Shown here in pieces: positions 12,941 to 26,479 of a stretch of 64,000 bases of DNA. The translations under genes and the position numbers were made by a program. Every line of letters begins with the position of its first letter. Position 1 is the first letter of the stretch. The stretch comes from Lama guanicoe. Lineage: Eukaryota. The stretch covers positions 21,269,280 through 21,333,279 of the forward strand of contig MU054187.1 in NCBI GenBank assembly GCA_013239625.1. Direction: 5' to 3'. The notes below the pieces were generated by a model, which saw only the letters and a program-made list of their open reading frames with translations, made no database searches and was not told where the DNA came from.

Positions 12941-14179
12941 CTTTGGAGTAATCACACAACAAACTCCATTAATTTAGAAATCTTAACAATAGTTTTATAC
13001 AAGATAAACTATATGAAAACAATGCCTTGCATTATTTTGACACTAACTCATAATTTATAATAATGATAGAGCTTTTCCAGTTGTCCAGAAAACAAAACTC
13101 AGTATGGGCATTTCAGAGCAATTACAATGTTTGTGGCCATAGTTTAGCATTTGTATCACCAGTTTGTTGTAATCCTTAAAACTGCAAATGCCGGAAACAA
13201 ATTAATCTGTCTGTACAGTTGACATGTTTATATGTTTACTGATTTAAAAAAATTTTAAAGCTGTCTTTCTCTTCACATCTTTACTATAATGCCTTTTAGG
13301 GATGTAATTTTTTTTTTCATTAAAGTCCCTTCAAACATCTAGGATCACCACTAGAAATTATGAAGAACAAGTCTTATAAAAGTGTTAAGTAAGAAATACT
13401 GAGTTCTGAGACTGCTCAGATGCTCGGGATAACGTTCAAATATATATTATTCAACAGTACCACCCAAAGCTTGTTAAAACAGAGAGATTAAGAATTTCGG
13501 CATCCCTAGTTGATGTTTTCCCTAATAAATGCATCAGTTCTCCCGCTGCAACTTCCCTACTCCATTTTGGTGAGAACTAGTTTCCTGCATATGCCTCCAG
13601 GTACAAATGAGATGCAAGGTCTGAACTTTCAGTAAAGACGATTGACAGAGAGCCTGGGCTGAAATGATGAATACAGATGATCTTTTTGGCCAACATCATC
13701 CATTGCAGACCCCTTGAGAAGTACACAGCCCTTGCAGGGGCTTCTAAGTCATGAAAGTCTTGTAGAAAACTTTCAAAGAATGCTGCTGGTAATAACACTT
13801 TTAGCAAGGCACCATTATATAAACCTATTATTACCGTTTGTACTGATAGAAAAATTAGCTTTTTCCTGCCTCAATGTCTAAAGAACATACTGTCAGCCTC
13901 CTTTCTCAACGTGATAGTTTGACAAAGTTTTCACTTCCCAAGATGTAAATCGTAAACCAATCCTCCAGTTAATCTGAACATTAGTTGCAATGAAAATAAG
14001 AAATTGAATTAGCAAATATTTGATTTTTTTTCTTTTTATTTTGGAATTATTTGCCATCCTAGCTTCCCCAGGGGGTGAGCTCAGGAACTTTCTACTCCAC
14101 CATCTTCATCTAGATTTCTCAGTAGTTTTATTTCTTATCTTTCAATGTTTCTTTCTTTCCTTACATTATTACATTGGCT

Positions 14180-16270
14180 GTTATCTCCAGAATAATATTG
14201 AGGAATGGTAGTGGTAGGAAAAACATTTTTCTAATTACATGAGAAAGCTGCCAATATTTTGCTATTATCATTTACCAGAGAATTTTATTTTTGTGGAAAT
14301 TCCCTATGAAATTCAGAAAGTTCTCCTTATATTTCAACTTGGCCATTAATTTTTATTGAAATGTATTTGATATTTTCCTATCTATATAGAAATTAATATT
14401 TGATTTTTCTCCTTTATTCTGTTAATATGAAGAACCACAATTGATCTTTGAATGTTAAATCAATTTCACACTTGTGGAATCAATGGAACATGATAATAAA
14501 TTAGTATCTTTTTAAAAAATTTTATGTTTGTGATAGAGGTTTAGAGATTGACCTTCAATTTTTTTTCCTGTTATGTCCTTAACAATCTTGCTGTTGAGGA
14601 GATGCTGACTTCATAAAATGCACTGGGATGTGCTCCTTTTTCTCCCGTTCTCAGGAAGAGTTTGTATGTGATTGGCGTCATATTTGGATACTTCACCAAT
14701 GATGTCATTCAGGGTGGGAGTATTTTGTGGAAGGATCTTTAATACAGATTCACTTGCTTTACTAGGCATAGGATATATGCAGATTTTTAAAATTACTCTC
14801 GTGCCAGTTTCAGAGAGATACGTTTTCTAAGATACGTTTCTAAGGGATGTGCTAATTTGACACACTTTTTCAAAGGTATTGTCAAGATCTTCGTAGTCCT
14901 CATATTTTATTGTCATTCAGGTCTTTAAGTGATGTCTTTCTATTTCTTGATCCTAATATTGGTAACTTCTTTCTGAGCTTTCTTTTTTAAATCAGTTTAG
15001 TTATTCATTCAAATAACCAAATTATGGCTTAGTGAATGTTCTCTATTACACATTTGTTTTTGTTTCATTACTCTGTAATCTCATCTTTATTATTTCTTTC
15101 CTTCTACTTTATTTGGTTTGGTTTGCTACTCTTTTATACTTCATGAATGGAGACTTAGATCATTCATTTTCAGCTTTTCATGTTTTTCAAAAATGCATTT
15201 TATTATATGGTTCTCTCTGAGCACAGCTTTAGTTTCATCCCACAAGTTCTAACACATCACACTTTCAGAATCAATAGTTAATAAATATTTTATAATTCAC
15301 ATTGATGTTCTTTCTTTGATCGATTGGGTTATTTAGAAAGTTTGTTATTGAATTTACAATTCTAAAAATTGATTTTAGCTTAATTTCACTGTAACTAGAG
15401 AATAAATTGATTAAAATTCAATGAGACCTTTTTCATAGCTCTCTATCTGGTCAGTTTTCATAAATGTTCTTTCTTAAGTGTACCATCTGCAGTTGATAAA
15501 CAGCACATGTCTTCTGCTGTTGTTCTGTGAAGCTTTCTTCAATAAGTGTCTTCAATAAGACAAAAATCACTTATTGAATTTCTCTGATCTGCTGTATTAT
15601 TATTGATTTTTGTCTTTTTTCCATCAATTTTTAGGAGAGGTGAATTATGATTATGGATTCATGTGTTTATCTTTTGAGTTATTTTAATTTTTGCTTCATA
15701 TATTTGAAGCAACAACATTTGGCAAATAAAACTTGAAATTATTGTATCTTTCTAATGGATTCACCCTTTTTATTAGTATGATGTATCTCTATCTCTTAAT
15801 TATTTTTGTTTTAAAGAAACACGTTTCATCTTAATATAGCTGAACTTATTTCTTTTGATTACTCTTTGCATAGTATACCATTTTTTATCCATTTTAATTT
15901 CAGTGATCCTGTGTCTTAATATTTAATGTATGCCTGTAAGCAAAATATAATCTTTTAAAAAAATACAGTCTGACAGCCCTTGTCTTTTAATTATAGTAAT
16001 CTATTCACATTTAATTACTGATATATTTGAACTTATATTCACAACTTTGCAATTTTTTTCTATTTGTTCATGTGTTGCATGTTAATTTTTCTTTCTTGCC
16101 ATTTTTTTAAGATTAATCTTTCTTTTATTATTTTGTATTTCCTATTCTATTAGCTTATAAGTTATACATACTTTTGCTGTTTTTTGAAGTATTCACCTAG
16201 AGATTACAGCAATATCCTTGATTTGTTAGTTTAATGCAATGTAATTAGTTTTGGACTTCCCAAATCACCC
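14180..16270 (-). mobile_element. Ancient L1M ORF2-region fragment, antisense, decayed
   Basis: Long T-rich tract with L1-antisense motifs (GATGCTGACTTCATAAAATG, GCACAGCTTTAGTTTCATCCCACAAGTT, CAGTCTGACAGCCCTTGTCTTTTAATT); no long ORF. Confidence 0.75.
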
Positions 16271-16829
16271 TAGGTTCATAGAACACTTTAAGTTCATTTT
16301 TCCCCCTCTCATCCTTTGTGTCATGAATTTCAATTTTGCATATATTTTGCTTCATTTCTTGACTTTTGATTTTGAAGATTTTCAAGTGTATGTAAGAGTG
16401 AAGAGACCAGTATAATGAAGTAGGTGTACACATGATCCCATCTTAGCAAATATCAGTACACAACCACATTATTTTTTCTATGCCTCATTCATTTCCTTTC
16501 TACTCCCTGGATTGTTTTCAATCAAACCTCAGACATCATTTTCTATATTATATATATTATATAATATATTATTTTATATACATACACATTTTATTTTTAT
16601 ATATAGTAAGTATATGTATATAATAATTTAAAAAACATAACCACAATAGCATGATCTCACCAAATCTCTTTGCTACAAATCCTCAATATCAATCTAGTAA
16701 TAATTTCCTGTTTCTGTAAGTCCCTCTCTTACACTTTTTAAATTAACTTATTTGAATTGGAATCCAGATAAGATGCAAAGATTGATTTGACATGTGTCCT
16801 TAAATCTCTTAATTTATGCATTCTCCTAA

Positions 16830-17260
16830 TATACTCCTGTTGTGGTGGTCATAGAGAAGCTTAACCACCAGTTGACTGAAGAGATAGACCTGGGCAGTTG
16901 GAGGGTTCCACTCTCCTCCTTCCCTGTCCTTGGAATGTGTCTTCTGCTTGCCTTCCTCATTCCCAGAAGCTGCCTCAAGATACAGCCTTGAGATAATAAT
17001 TTGGCGTTGAGACTATCTGGATTCCATACGTGACCAAACCCAGTTAAAGCCTCTGTATAAACTTAACGGATGGGTGCAGAAAACTGTTCCTCTCACAACC
17101 ACTCAAGATAAGCCTCCAAGTTCCCTTGCTTCCCAAACTTGCTGCCTACCAGCCTGAAGTGGTCTGCCCCTTTCTTCAGTTTCTCTTTGCCCTCCCTCCT
17201 TGTACAGGAGCCAGTTTCAGATTACACCCCAGAAGCTCCCAGGGAGGTTATGAACCCACA
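16830..17260 (+). mobile_element. Solo ERV LTR, diverged
   Basis: Abrupt GC-richer island inside AT-rich L1; TATA-like TGTATAAAC; ends ...AACCCACA. I could not resolve a TSD. Confidence 0.6.
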
Positions 17261-18517
17261 ATTTCCCCATCTCTCTTTGCATTTTATCTGTTGAAAGGAC
17301 TGAGTCATTTGTCCTATAAATTTTCAGAAATTCTGCAATTTGGCGATTGCATCCCTGTGGTATCATTTAACATCCTTCCCACTTTCTTGTATTTCCTAAA
17401 AAATTTTAAATATATCTAGAGACTTGTATCAATTTATGTGGAAATTTTGAAAGATTTAGTCATAGGTGATTGTGTGCATTTCTATCAAAAAGTGTGTGTC
17501 TTTTTTTCTTTTCTTTTGTGATAATAATAGCTACTGAATATAGTAATGTATTTCTATCATTTTAAAATTTCTCATTAGCTGGAATTATTCTAAAAGGAGA
17601 GTTTTTTTTTCATCATGTATTTGATTGCCCTGAGTTATTATTGTATGGGGAGAAAACGTTTTTTCATGATTCTTTTCCTTCATACTGTTACTCAGTATAG
17701 TAAAGTGATTTCCTAGCATTTTCTAAAGATTAAAATGGATTTTAAAAAATTGTTAATAATTTTGTAAGTTCAAGAATTAAATGTGGTTGGTATGTTTTAA
17801 TTCCTTGCAGTTTTGATCTTAATTAATGATCACAATATCCTGACTGTTTTTTGTGGCACCATATTCACATCATTTCCTGGATCATTATGTCATAATTCTA
17901 GTAGTCTTTGCTAGTTTCTTTTGATATGATAAAATGTTCCTGGATCATAATTTCCTGCTTCATACTGGGAATCAGCCAGTTCACCAAAGAACTTTGATAC
18001 CATTTAATGGAAGACGTTATTTAGATCCAACTTTCTGGTGCTAAGGAAACTCATTGCCACTGAATTTTTTCTTATTTCTCAGTTGTTTCAGTAACCCGAG
18101 CTAGGGAACACACACACACACACACATTAAAGAAAAAGAAATCATTCTGCATTTATATTTATACTTCCTATTGAAAGTAAAGACTACAGGAATTTTAGTT
18201 AACCTCATTAATCTTACATCTGTGTCTCCTTTCAGCATGGCCAGAGTCTGCCTTCTGAACAACACTTTATGGTTACTCATGTGATTTTTCCACAGTGTAC
18301 ATATAAAAGTCTCACAAAATCAGCACCATTAGCACCAAAATAATTATGATTTCTGAAGACAGTTTAATATTTTCTTATTTTTGGTATTTTTCCTATAAAG
18401 AATGTTCTATTAAGTAATAACAACAAAATTATAAATGTTTTATGTCACTGGGAGTGGTTTTTCTGTGACATTATGCCACTAAGTAGATACCCAATTAAAA
18501 TGCTTGGTTATTAGGGA

Positions 18518-19697
18518 TTGCTTTTCTTTTTTGTTTAGACTTTATTGAGGTATAATTGATGTACACAATTTGCACATATTTAATGCATGCATCTTGCTAA
18601 ATTTGGACATATGCATACATCTGTGATACTACCACTGCAATCAAGATGCTAAACATTCATCACCTCCACAAGTTTTCTTACATTCTTTTGTATGTATATA
18701 TATTTGTGTGTGTGTATGTGTATGCATGTGAGTGTGTGGTAAGAAAAGAATATGAGATCTATCTTCTTAATGTATTTTGACATGTGCAACTACCATTCTA
18801 TTCTTTGCATCATGAGTCTGACATACCTCATGTAAGTAGACTCATGCAGTATTTAACCTTCTGTGACTGGCTTATTTCCCTTGGGATAATGGCTTCAGGG
18901 TTCATATGCATCAAACTAAAAAGCTTCTACACAAAAGCACAAACAACCAACAGAGATAAAAAGGCAACCTATGGAACTGGAGACACTATTTATCTGATAA
19001 GGGGTTAACAACCAAAACATGTAGGAATCTCCTACAACTCATTAGCAAAAAATAAAAAATAACCCAATTAAAACCGATCATAAGACTTGAATATACAATT
19101 CTTCAAAGAAGATACAGAAATGACATCAGGTATATGAAAAAGTGCTCAACATTACTAAATATCAGGGAAATTAAAATAAAAACCATAATGAGATATTACC
19201 TCACACCTGTTAAGATGGTTATTATTGAAAAGAAAGATTAAAATGTTGGCATAGATGTGGAAAAATTGGGGTATAATTGATGTACACAAATTTAAACATA
19301 TTTAATGCTTACATCTTGCTAAATTTGGACATATGCATACATCTGTGATACTACCACTGCAATCAAGATGCTAAACATTCATCACTTCCACAAATATACT
19401 ATTGTTGGGAAAAAGTAAATGTCCTGCCACCTGATAAAATGAATGGAGATACCTCAAAAAATTAAAAATAGAACTACCATTCAATCCAGAATTCCCACCC
19501 CTGGGTATTTATCAACAATAATTTATATCAGGATCTCAAAGAGATATTTGCACTCCCATGTTCACTGCAGCATTATGTATAATAACCAAGACACAGAAAC
19601 AACCCAATGTTTTTCAGAAGACAAATGGGTAAAGAAAATATACATACAATGGAATATAGTTTTAAAAAAGAAGGAAATCTAGCCATTTGCTTTTCTT
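18518..19697. mobile_element. 5'-inverted (twin-primed) L1MA-like insertion: 3' part on - (about 18529-18905), inverted ORF2-end part on + (about 18906-19690)
   Basis: 11-bp TSD TTGCTTTTCTT at 18518-18528 and 19687-19697. ORF 19443-19682 resembles the L1 ORF2 C-terminal region. The two halves are contiguous in L1 coordinates. Confidence 0.85.
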
Positions 19698-19857
19698 AAA
19701 CTTATTTTGTTTTTAAAACTATGTACTATACTTAGATGATTCCAAAATCAAATTAAAAATAAGATATATTCAAAGTAGTTTGGCTGTTATCCATAGCCCC
19801 TCTAAACCCATGCCTTCACCCCTACTTGTAATTTTTAAAATGAGTTGTCTTTGGTTG

Positions 19858-19904
19858 GTCTATCTATCTCTCTATCTGTCTGTCTGTCTGTCTGTCTATC
19901 ATCT
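19858..19904. repeat. Compound (TCTA)n/(TCTG)n microsatellite
   Basis: Direct reading of the sequence. Confidence 0.9.
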
Positions 19905-21044
19905 AAGACCTAATCTATTTATGTATACACCCTCCACTTTAAATAAATGGTAACATACTTTATGTTTCATTTTTACTGATCAGTCTCATTTGGTAACAGT
20001 TCCATATCTTTGAGATATTCTCATTCCTTTTTATAGCTGCATAGTATTCTATTGTGTGGGTGTTCCATGCACCCTACCTTTTTCACCAGACCTCTGAGAT
20101 GGGCTTTTGAGTTTTCCCAGTCTTTTCCTATTAGACATAATGCTGCAATCAGTATTATCTTAGTATGTTCTTTCACCTTTTATTCAAGGTTCCCTAATAT
20201 AGATTTCTGGAAATGAAAGTGCTGGGTCAGACAGTAAAAGCATGTTATATTTTGCTAGATATTTCCAAATGTCTCATTTGTAGGTGTTAATTGGTTTTAC
20301 ATTCCATCTGGCAATGTATAGCAGTGACTTTTCCCCACAGACTCTCTAGGAAGGTATGTTGTAAGGCTTCTAAGTGTTTTTCCATCTGATGTATATGTAT
20401 GTGTATGTATATGAGTATGTGTATGTATACATGTGTATGTGTACGTATGGCATCATATATAGCTTGAATTTGCATCTCTCTTATGATGGATGTGAGTTGT
20501 TAATATTTTTCATGTATGTTATTTTTACTTTACTTGTGGAAATTATTTTTTAAATAATTGTTTAATTAAATTTATTAACCTTTTCACTATTACTCTTGAA
20601 TCATATTCATAAAAAAAGTTCTATTCCTAAGTCTTATAAAAATTCATCCATTTTTTATTCTGCTCCTCATGAATTTTTTATGTTTTTATATTTATTTCAC
20701 TGATTCATTTGGAATTTATCCTGACATGTGAGTAAGGAATTTGTCTAATTTTACCATATCCCATATGGCTATCTTGTTATGCCATCAGCCCTTATTTTAA
20801 AATTCATCTTTTCCTTTATGATTTTAAATCCTTCCTTTATGGTATACTAAGTTTCCATAAGCAATTGGTTCTGTTTTTGGATTTTCTTTCCTGTTCCATT
20901 TGTATGTCTGACTTAAAACCTGTCAGTACTAAACTGTGTTCATCAAGGAAGGGAATGTCTTGACATTTGGTAAGGTATATCCCTCCTCGGTGCTTTCCTT
21001 TTTCAAAAAGTCCTGCATCTATGACTAGTTTATTATTTCAAATC

Positions 21045-21750
21045 ATTGTAGAAAACAGTATGGAGATTCCTCAAAAGACTAAAAATATACTTTCCATATG
21101 ACCCAGCAATCCCACTCCTGGGCATATATCCAGAAGGAACCCTACTTCAGAATGACACTTGCACCCCAATGTTCATAGCAGCACTATTTACAATAGCCAA
21201 GACATGGAAAGAGCCTAAATATCCATCAACAGATGACTAGAAAGATGTGGTGTATTTATACAATGGAATACTATTCAGCCATAAAAATGACAACATAATA
21301 CCATTTGCAGCACATGAATGTCCCTGGAGAATGTCATTCTAAGTGAAGTAAGTCAGAAAGAGAAAGAAAAATACCGTATCATATCACTCATATGTGGAAT
21401 CTAAAAAAAACGAAGAAGAAGACAAATGAACTTAAATATAAAACAGAAGCAGACTTGCAGACAGAATACTGATTTGTGGTTGCCAGGGGGTATTAGGGTG
21501 GGAAAGGACAGACTGGGAGTTCGAGATTTGTAGATACTGACAGGTTTATATAGAATAGATAAACAAAATTATACTGTATAGCACAGGGAAATATATACAA
21601 GATCTTATAGTAGCTCAAAATGAAAAAGAATATGAAAATGAATATATGTGTATTCATGTATGACTGAAAAATTGTGCTATACACCAGAAATTGACACAAC
21701 AGTGTAAACTGATTATAACTCAATAAAAAATAAATAAAGATAGCAAAAAA
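21045..21750 (+). mobile_element. Young lineage-specific (camelid-like) L1, 5'-truncated: ORF2 end, 3'UTR and A-rich tail
   Basis: GGAGATTCCTCAAAAGACTA...GACCCAGCAATCCCACTCCTGGGCATATATCCAG...CTCAATAAAAAATAAATAAA; highly similar to 50032-50623. Confidence 0.92.
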
Positions 21751-22872
21751 GAGAGAGAGAGAGGAAGTAGAGATGATATTAATTAGGTAAAGGTTTTCTT
21801 CCCTAAAGGTGACTTTTGAGGTAAAATGTTAATGACTTGGTAGAGTTGTAGGTAAGCACATTCCAGTTAAGAGAAACAGCTTGAGCAAGAAAGAATTTTA
21901 GGAAAAGAAAATTCTTAAATGGGTGATACATAGGGGTACTTCATGGCACTGAGTGATTACATTGGACAGCAAGGAAAGATAATTATAGAAAGATAACGGG
22001 GACATGTTGGAGAAAGAGACCCACATCTAAGTTGTTCAGAGTTGTATCCCCATCTTCCAAGACTAGTGAATGGTGCTGAATAAATATGTGTTGAACTATA
22101 TCCATGTCATTTCTTTCATGGTTGGACCAAAATAGTAGCTGTAAATGAAAAGGAATCATTTAATCATTGATTTATCCTCAACTCTGCTTTGAATGCCTCC
22201 TGCAAAGGGAATAAAACATTGCCCTGGTTCTACAGATCTTCACATTTTTCTGGAGGCTATGGAATGACAGGAATATATATAATTTCAGTACATTTTGTTA
22301 AGTTCAAAAGGAGAGTGATGAATAAAGTAGAAGTAACTCTGTCAGAAACTTTTAGGAGAGGAAGTTTTATGACTTGGTTATTGAATATAGAAAATGAAAA
22401 AAAAGTGAGAGAAAAAGAGTTTGAAAATCTCTCCAAAATTGAGCAGAACTGAGAGCAATGTGGTTTCAGAAAAGTTCTGTGCAAATAAAAATAAGATGGC
22501 TATACTTCCAATTAAATTTAGAACATAATTTTTGTTTGTTTTATATGTTATGCCAGCTCTGTGAGATGTGATTTGTTTGGAACATGAGGATACAGAAGTG
22601 GTGTGTGTGTCAAAGTAGGGGTCATTACTGGTGATTAATCTATCTCCCAACATGGGGCTCATCCATATACACATCTTATTTTTATAAATAAAGCAAATCA
22701 GCCCAATTTTACAGATGGAAAGAGTCCCACTTATAAGCTAAAACCAACAATCCTTTTCTGATATCTGTGGCTTCAACCTAAGACACAGTGATAACAGAGA
22801 TGTGGTTACTGAATAAAGTAGTTAAAGATGCTGGGGTGGGAGGGTCAAAGGGCATGAGGGAGAAAAAAGTTC

Positions 22873-22894
22873 CACACACACACACACACACACA
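22873..22894. repeat. (CA)11 microsatellite
   Basis: Direct reading of the sequence. Confidence 0.95.
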
Positions 22895-25105
22895 GGCTCA
22901 CATACACGCACATAAATGAGTTGGATAAGGAAAAAAGAAATCATATGCTATTGTTCAAAACAAAATCAAATGCCAAAATGTACAAATGTTAAACAATTTC
23001 AAATTCACATACAGCAAAAGCAATCAAATCTGAAATAATTTGCTAAGGAAAAGGCATCACCCCTGGTTGCCGAGCGTGGAGGAAAGGCCAACGGAATATT
23101 CTGGTGCACAAGAAGTTTTTTGCAGTTCTCACTTACAAGCCTCGCACCAGCCCTCAAGTCAGGCATGTTCTGGGGACTGAGGTATGTACCTCAAACTGTT
23201 TCCAGGCAAAGATAGTAACACTGAACATCAGAAGTATTCCTGTAAGAGTGTCTGATAAATTATTTAGTAACCTCTAAAAGAACTACTGTAACCTTTTCTT
23301 GAGTTATTTAGAACATCATGAAAATTAGTAACTTCCTGGCCTCTGTGCCTGGGGGAAAAAAAATGAATGAGAATTTAATGAAAATCAGGTTATAAACCCA
23401 AGTAAAATCAAGCTATAGGTGACAGTGGACCTTTAAGAAAATTAATGTCCTTGACCTTTGAGGTCTCTTTCCTTTCTACATATATGTCTATGTTAGTAGA
23501 TATTTATGTACTATTAGACTAGTGATATGAAGTGGTGGAGTCAGAAGAAGTAACGATTGTACAAACATTTTCTGTGAGGTGAATCATCTTGCCATACACA
23601 CAACTATTTTACAATACTTTAGAATACTAAATTAAACTCTAAAAAAAGCTGTTAAAACAAAGAATTAATGTGACATAATCACATTCTTAATAGAGTTTGA
23701 TTTTCTCATATTCCTTTAATTCTCCCACTGAATTGAAACTTAATAGGTTTCTTTTAGAAACTTGATTATCATGATGTAATCGTAGTTTTATAATAACAAA
23801 ATTCCTTGCAAAATTAAGCAATCATGGCTGAAAGACATTTATTCCTGCTTATAGGCAACAATGTTTTATCATTAGCTGAAATCATCGCAGTATTTTTCAC
23901 TTTGGGTTAATTAGACTATTACACATTTAAGAAACTGGAAATGTAGCAAACGTAACAATACATTGCAGTTTCTGGCAACTCTTTGTGCTTTGCTTTTCAG
24001 CCAGAATGAGTTCGGTGAAATGTGAGTGTGTATCTTTTGAAGAGAAAATGTGATAGCGACTGTCCTAATTGTTATCCAGTGTTTCCATTATACCTAAATA
24101 TAAATATTACAAACCCATTACCAGGTTTCTCTGTCTTTTCAAGGAACATTTACAAATAAAAACAGTTTAATGAAAGAAAAATTGAAAGCATTCCAAATTA
24201 TATCCCAGTCACCATTGGTATCAATTAACAAATGCCAGGGAGACTCTAGTTATAGTTCCAGTAATATTTATATCCCCCTAACGTGTTTTCTCCAGCACCT
24301 GGTAGTTCTTGGGAGTCCTGCTCTCGTGTCTCAGAAGAATCCTTGTACCCACAACATGCTCCATTTCTTTTTCACAAACCAAATCTTCAATCATTTCCAC
24401 CACCATTTCACTAACTCTGTTGGAATGAGTCCTCATACACAACATATACAGTCATTTCCACCCCCATGACACTACCTCCTTTGCAATAAGGTCTCACATA
24501 CAACAGGATTCCTTTGCAACAAGTCCTCATACGCAACAAGCATCTCGTCTCCTAGGATGAGTAATCCTAGACAGATCCAAGTAAAGAAAAGGCAATTGCC
24601 TAAATCATTCCTTAGTCCCAACCGAGATTTTTTTTAATAAATTATTTCTTCCCCCCAAATATAGAGAATTTATATGTACTCTTCATAATGTGAATTATAT
24701 ATTTTGGCCTATTTAAGGAACTTTTCAAGGATAACTTTTGAGTCGCTATCATTTTTTTGTCTTTGTGTGCTGTCTCTAGATCCTAACTTTGTATAACATG
24801 TTTACTCCTCTGTAATTATTGGTTTGACACTTCTCTCCTCGTCTAAACAGTAACTTCCATGACAATCAGGGCATTTCTCTGTTTTATCCCCCAGCGCATC
24901 CCTGATGGCTGGCACAGAGCCCGCCGGCATGTATGTTCATTGGCTGGGCTCTTGATGGGCCCTGTAGAAGCTCATTAGGCTGTCCCCATGTCACAGACTC
25001 ACTGGAGAACAGCTCTCCCTTCTATTTCCCTAAGTGGTATAACTCCACGCTAAGAACCATTGTCCTAACCAATGAACATTTGAATGAATAAAAAGTAATT
25101 CTAAG

Positions 25106-25283
25106 TTTCTGCTGAATAGCACAGGGAACTATATTCAATATACTGTAATAACCTTTAATGAACAAGAATATGAAAATGAATATATGTATGTGTATGAGTG
25201 ACTGGGACATCGTGCTGTACACCAGAAATTGACACATTGTAACCGACGGTACTTCGGTTAAAAAATAAAAATAAATAGATAGG

Positions 25284-25320
<37 letters not shown>

Positions 25321-25324
25321 GAAT
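25106..25324 (+). mobile_element. Short young L1 3' end whose tail has become (TAGA)n(CAGA)n
   Basis: TSD GTAATTCTAAG at 25095-25105 and 25325-25335; TAGCACAGGGAACTATATTCAATA...ACACCAGAAATTGACACA. Confidence 0.9.
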
Positions 25325-26044
25325 GTAATTCTAAGGTTTTGGTTAGAAACTTTTATTTAATATGTTCTAAGGTTTATTTTAGTTTTTCTTGTTGTTGTTG
25401 TTGTTGTTTTTAGTAGATTTAGCTTCTAAAAAGTGGCCTCTCATCTTCTGGAAATAGCCCGACGCTCAACACGTAGATCATCTCCTAAATATATGAGGAT
25501 CATTGTAGCTTTATAGAACATTTTCTTCATTGAGAAATCCCAACAGTTGCACATTACAGTCAAGCTACTGGCTAACAGTTCAGTGTGAAATAAATATGAT
25601 AACATATAGATATTTGCACTAGGAAGAACAGGATGGTTTATACAATTTTCACTGTTTTGGATAATTCGCTTGTGTAAAAAAATCATGTACGCTAGAAAGA
25701 ATGTCAGAACTTAAAATGATGTGCTCACCGGGGCTTGCTTCTACAGAATGTTTTATTTTTTAATGGAATTTTTGTACCCCCTTCCCAGATGAATTGTTTT
25801 CATATCGCATGCATTTGTAGGAATGATGTGACAAATGATGAAAACAAAATAAGGTCATTTTATTTGATTAAGGACAAGAGTGATTCATGCAAAATAGTAT
25901 TAAAAATGATGATTTAAATTGTACATTGCCTATACTTTTCAGAATTAAAACAAAGTGGCATGATGTGTAGAGATGATGGATGAGGGAGAGATGGAAAGCA
26001 TAGTAATGTACAAAATAGCTTAGAACTTCTAAAAGGGTATTCAG

Positions 26045-26210
26045 GATTTTTACATTAAGTCCCTCATTTAATACTTAGTGTAAAGCTGTGAAACAGATAT
26101 TATTAATTTTTTTTTCAGGTGAGAAAACTGAAGCAGAGAGGGTTTGCTGCAGATAAAACAGCTGATGAGGGTCAGAGGTGGAGTCTTATTAAAGCTACTG
26201 GACTCCTGGC
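26045..26210 (-). mobile_element. MIR SINE
   Basis: CTCATTTAATACTT...ATTATTAATTTTTTTTTCAGGTGAGAAAACTGAAGCAGAGAGG matches the MIR core. Confidence 0.7.
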
Positions 26211-26479
26211 CACTGTGAGGAATTTGTAAAGACAAGAAAATTGGCTGTATTGTTTAATCACATTCCTAACACGGTGTTTATAGTGGTAATTTTTGTAACA
26301 TTGGACTCAATTTTTGACTCCTCCCACACCTTGCAAGGAGTCCCTGTAGGTCGAGTATTTCTTCACCCCGTAGTCAGGATTGCTGATGGAATTCCTTTTG
26401 TATAATAAGACACGAGTGGACATAAAATATGCTATAAATTAATTAAATGTGCACACGTTGTTTAATTTCGCTATTTCCG

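Larger units (their letters stand above)
16330..21040 (-). mobile_element. Ancient L1MC/ME-like element, interrupted by an LTR (~16830-17260) and a younger L1 (18518-19697)
   Basis: Old L1 3'UTR motifs (AAACATAACCACAATAGCATGATC, GGAATCAGCCAGTTCACCAAAGAAC, TTTTATAGCTGCATAGTATTCTATTGTGTGG) continue on both sides of the insertions. Confidence 0.6.
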
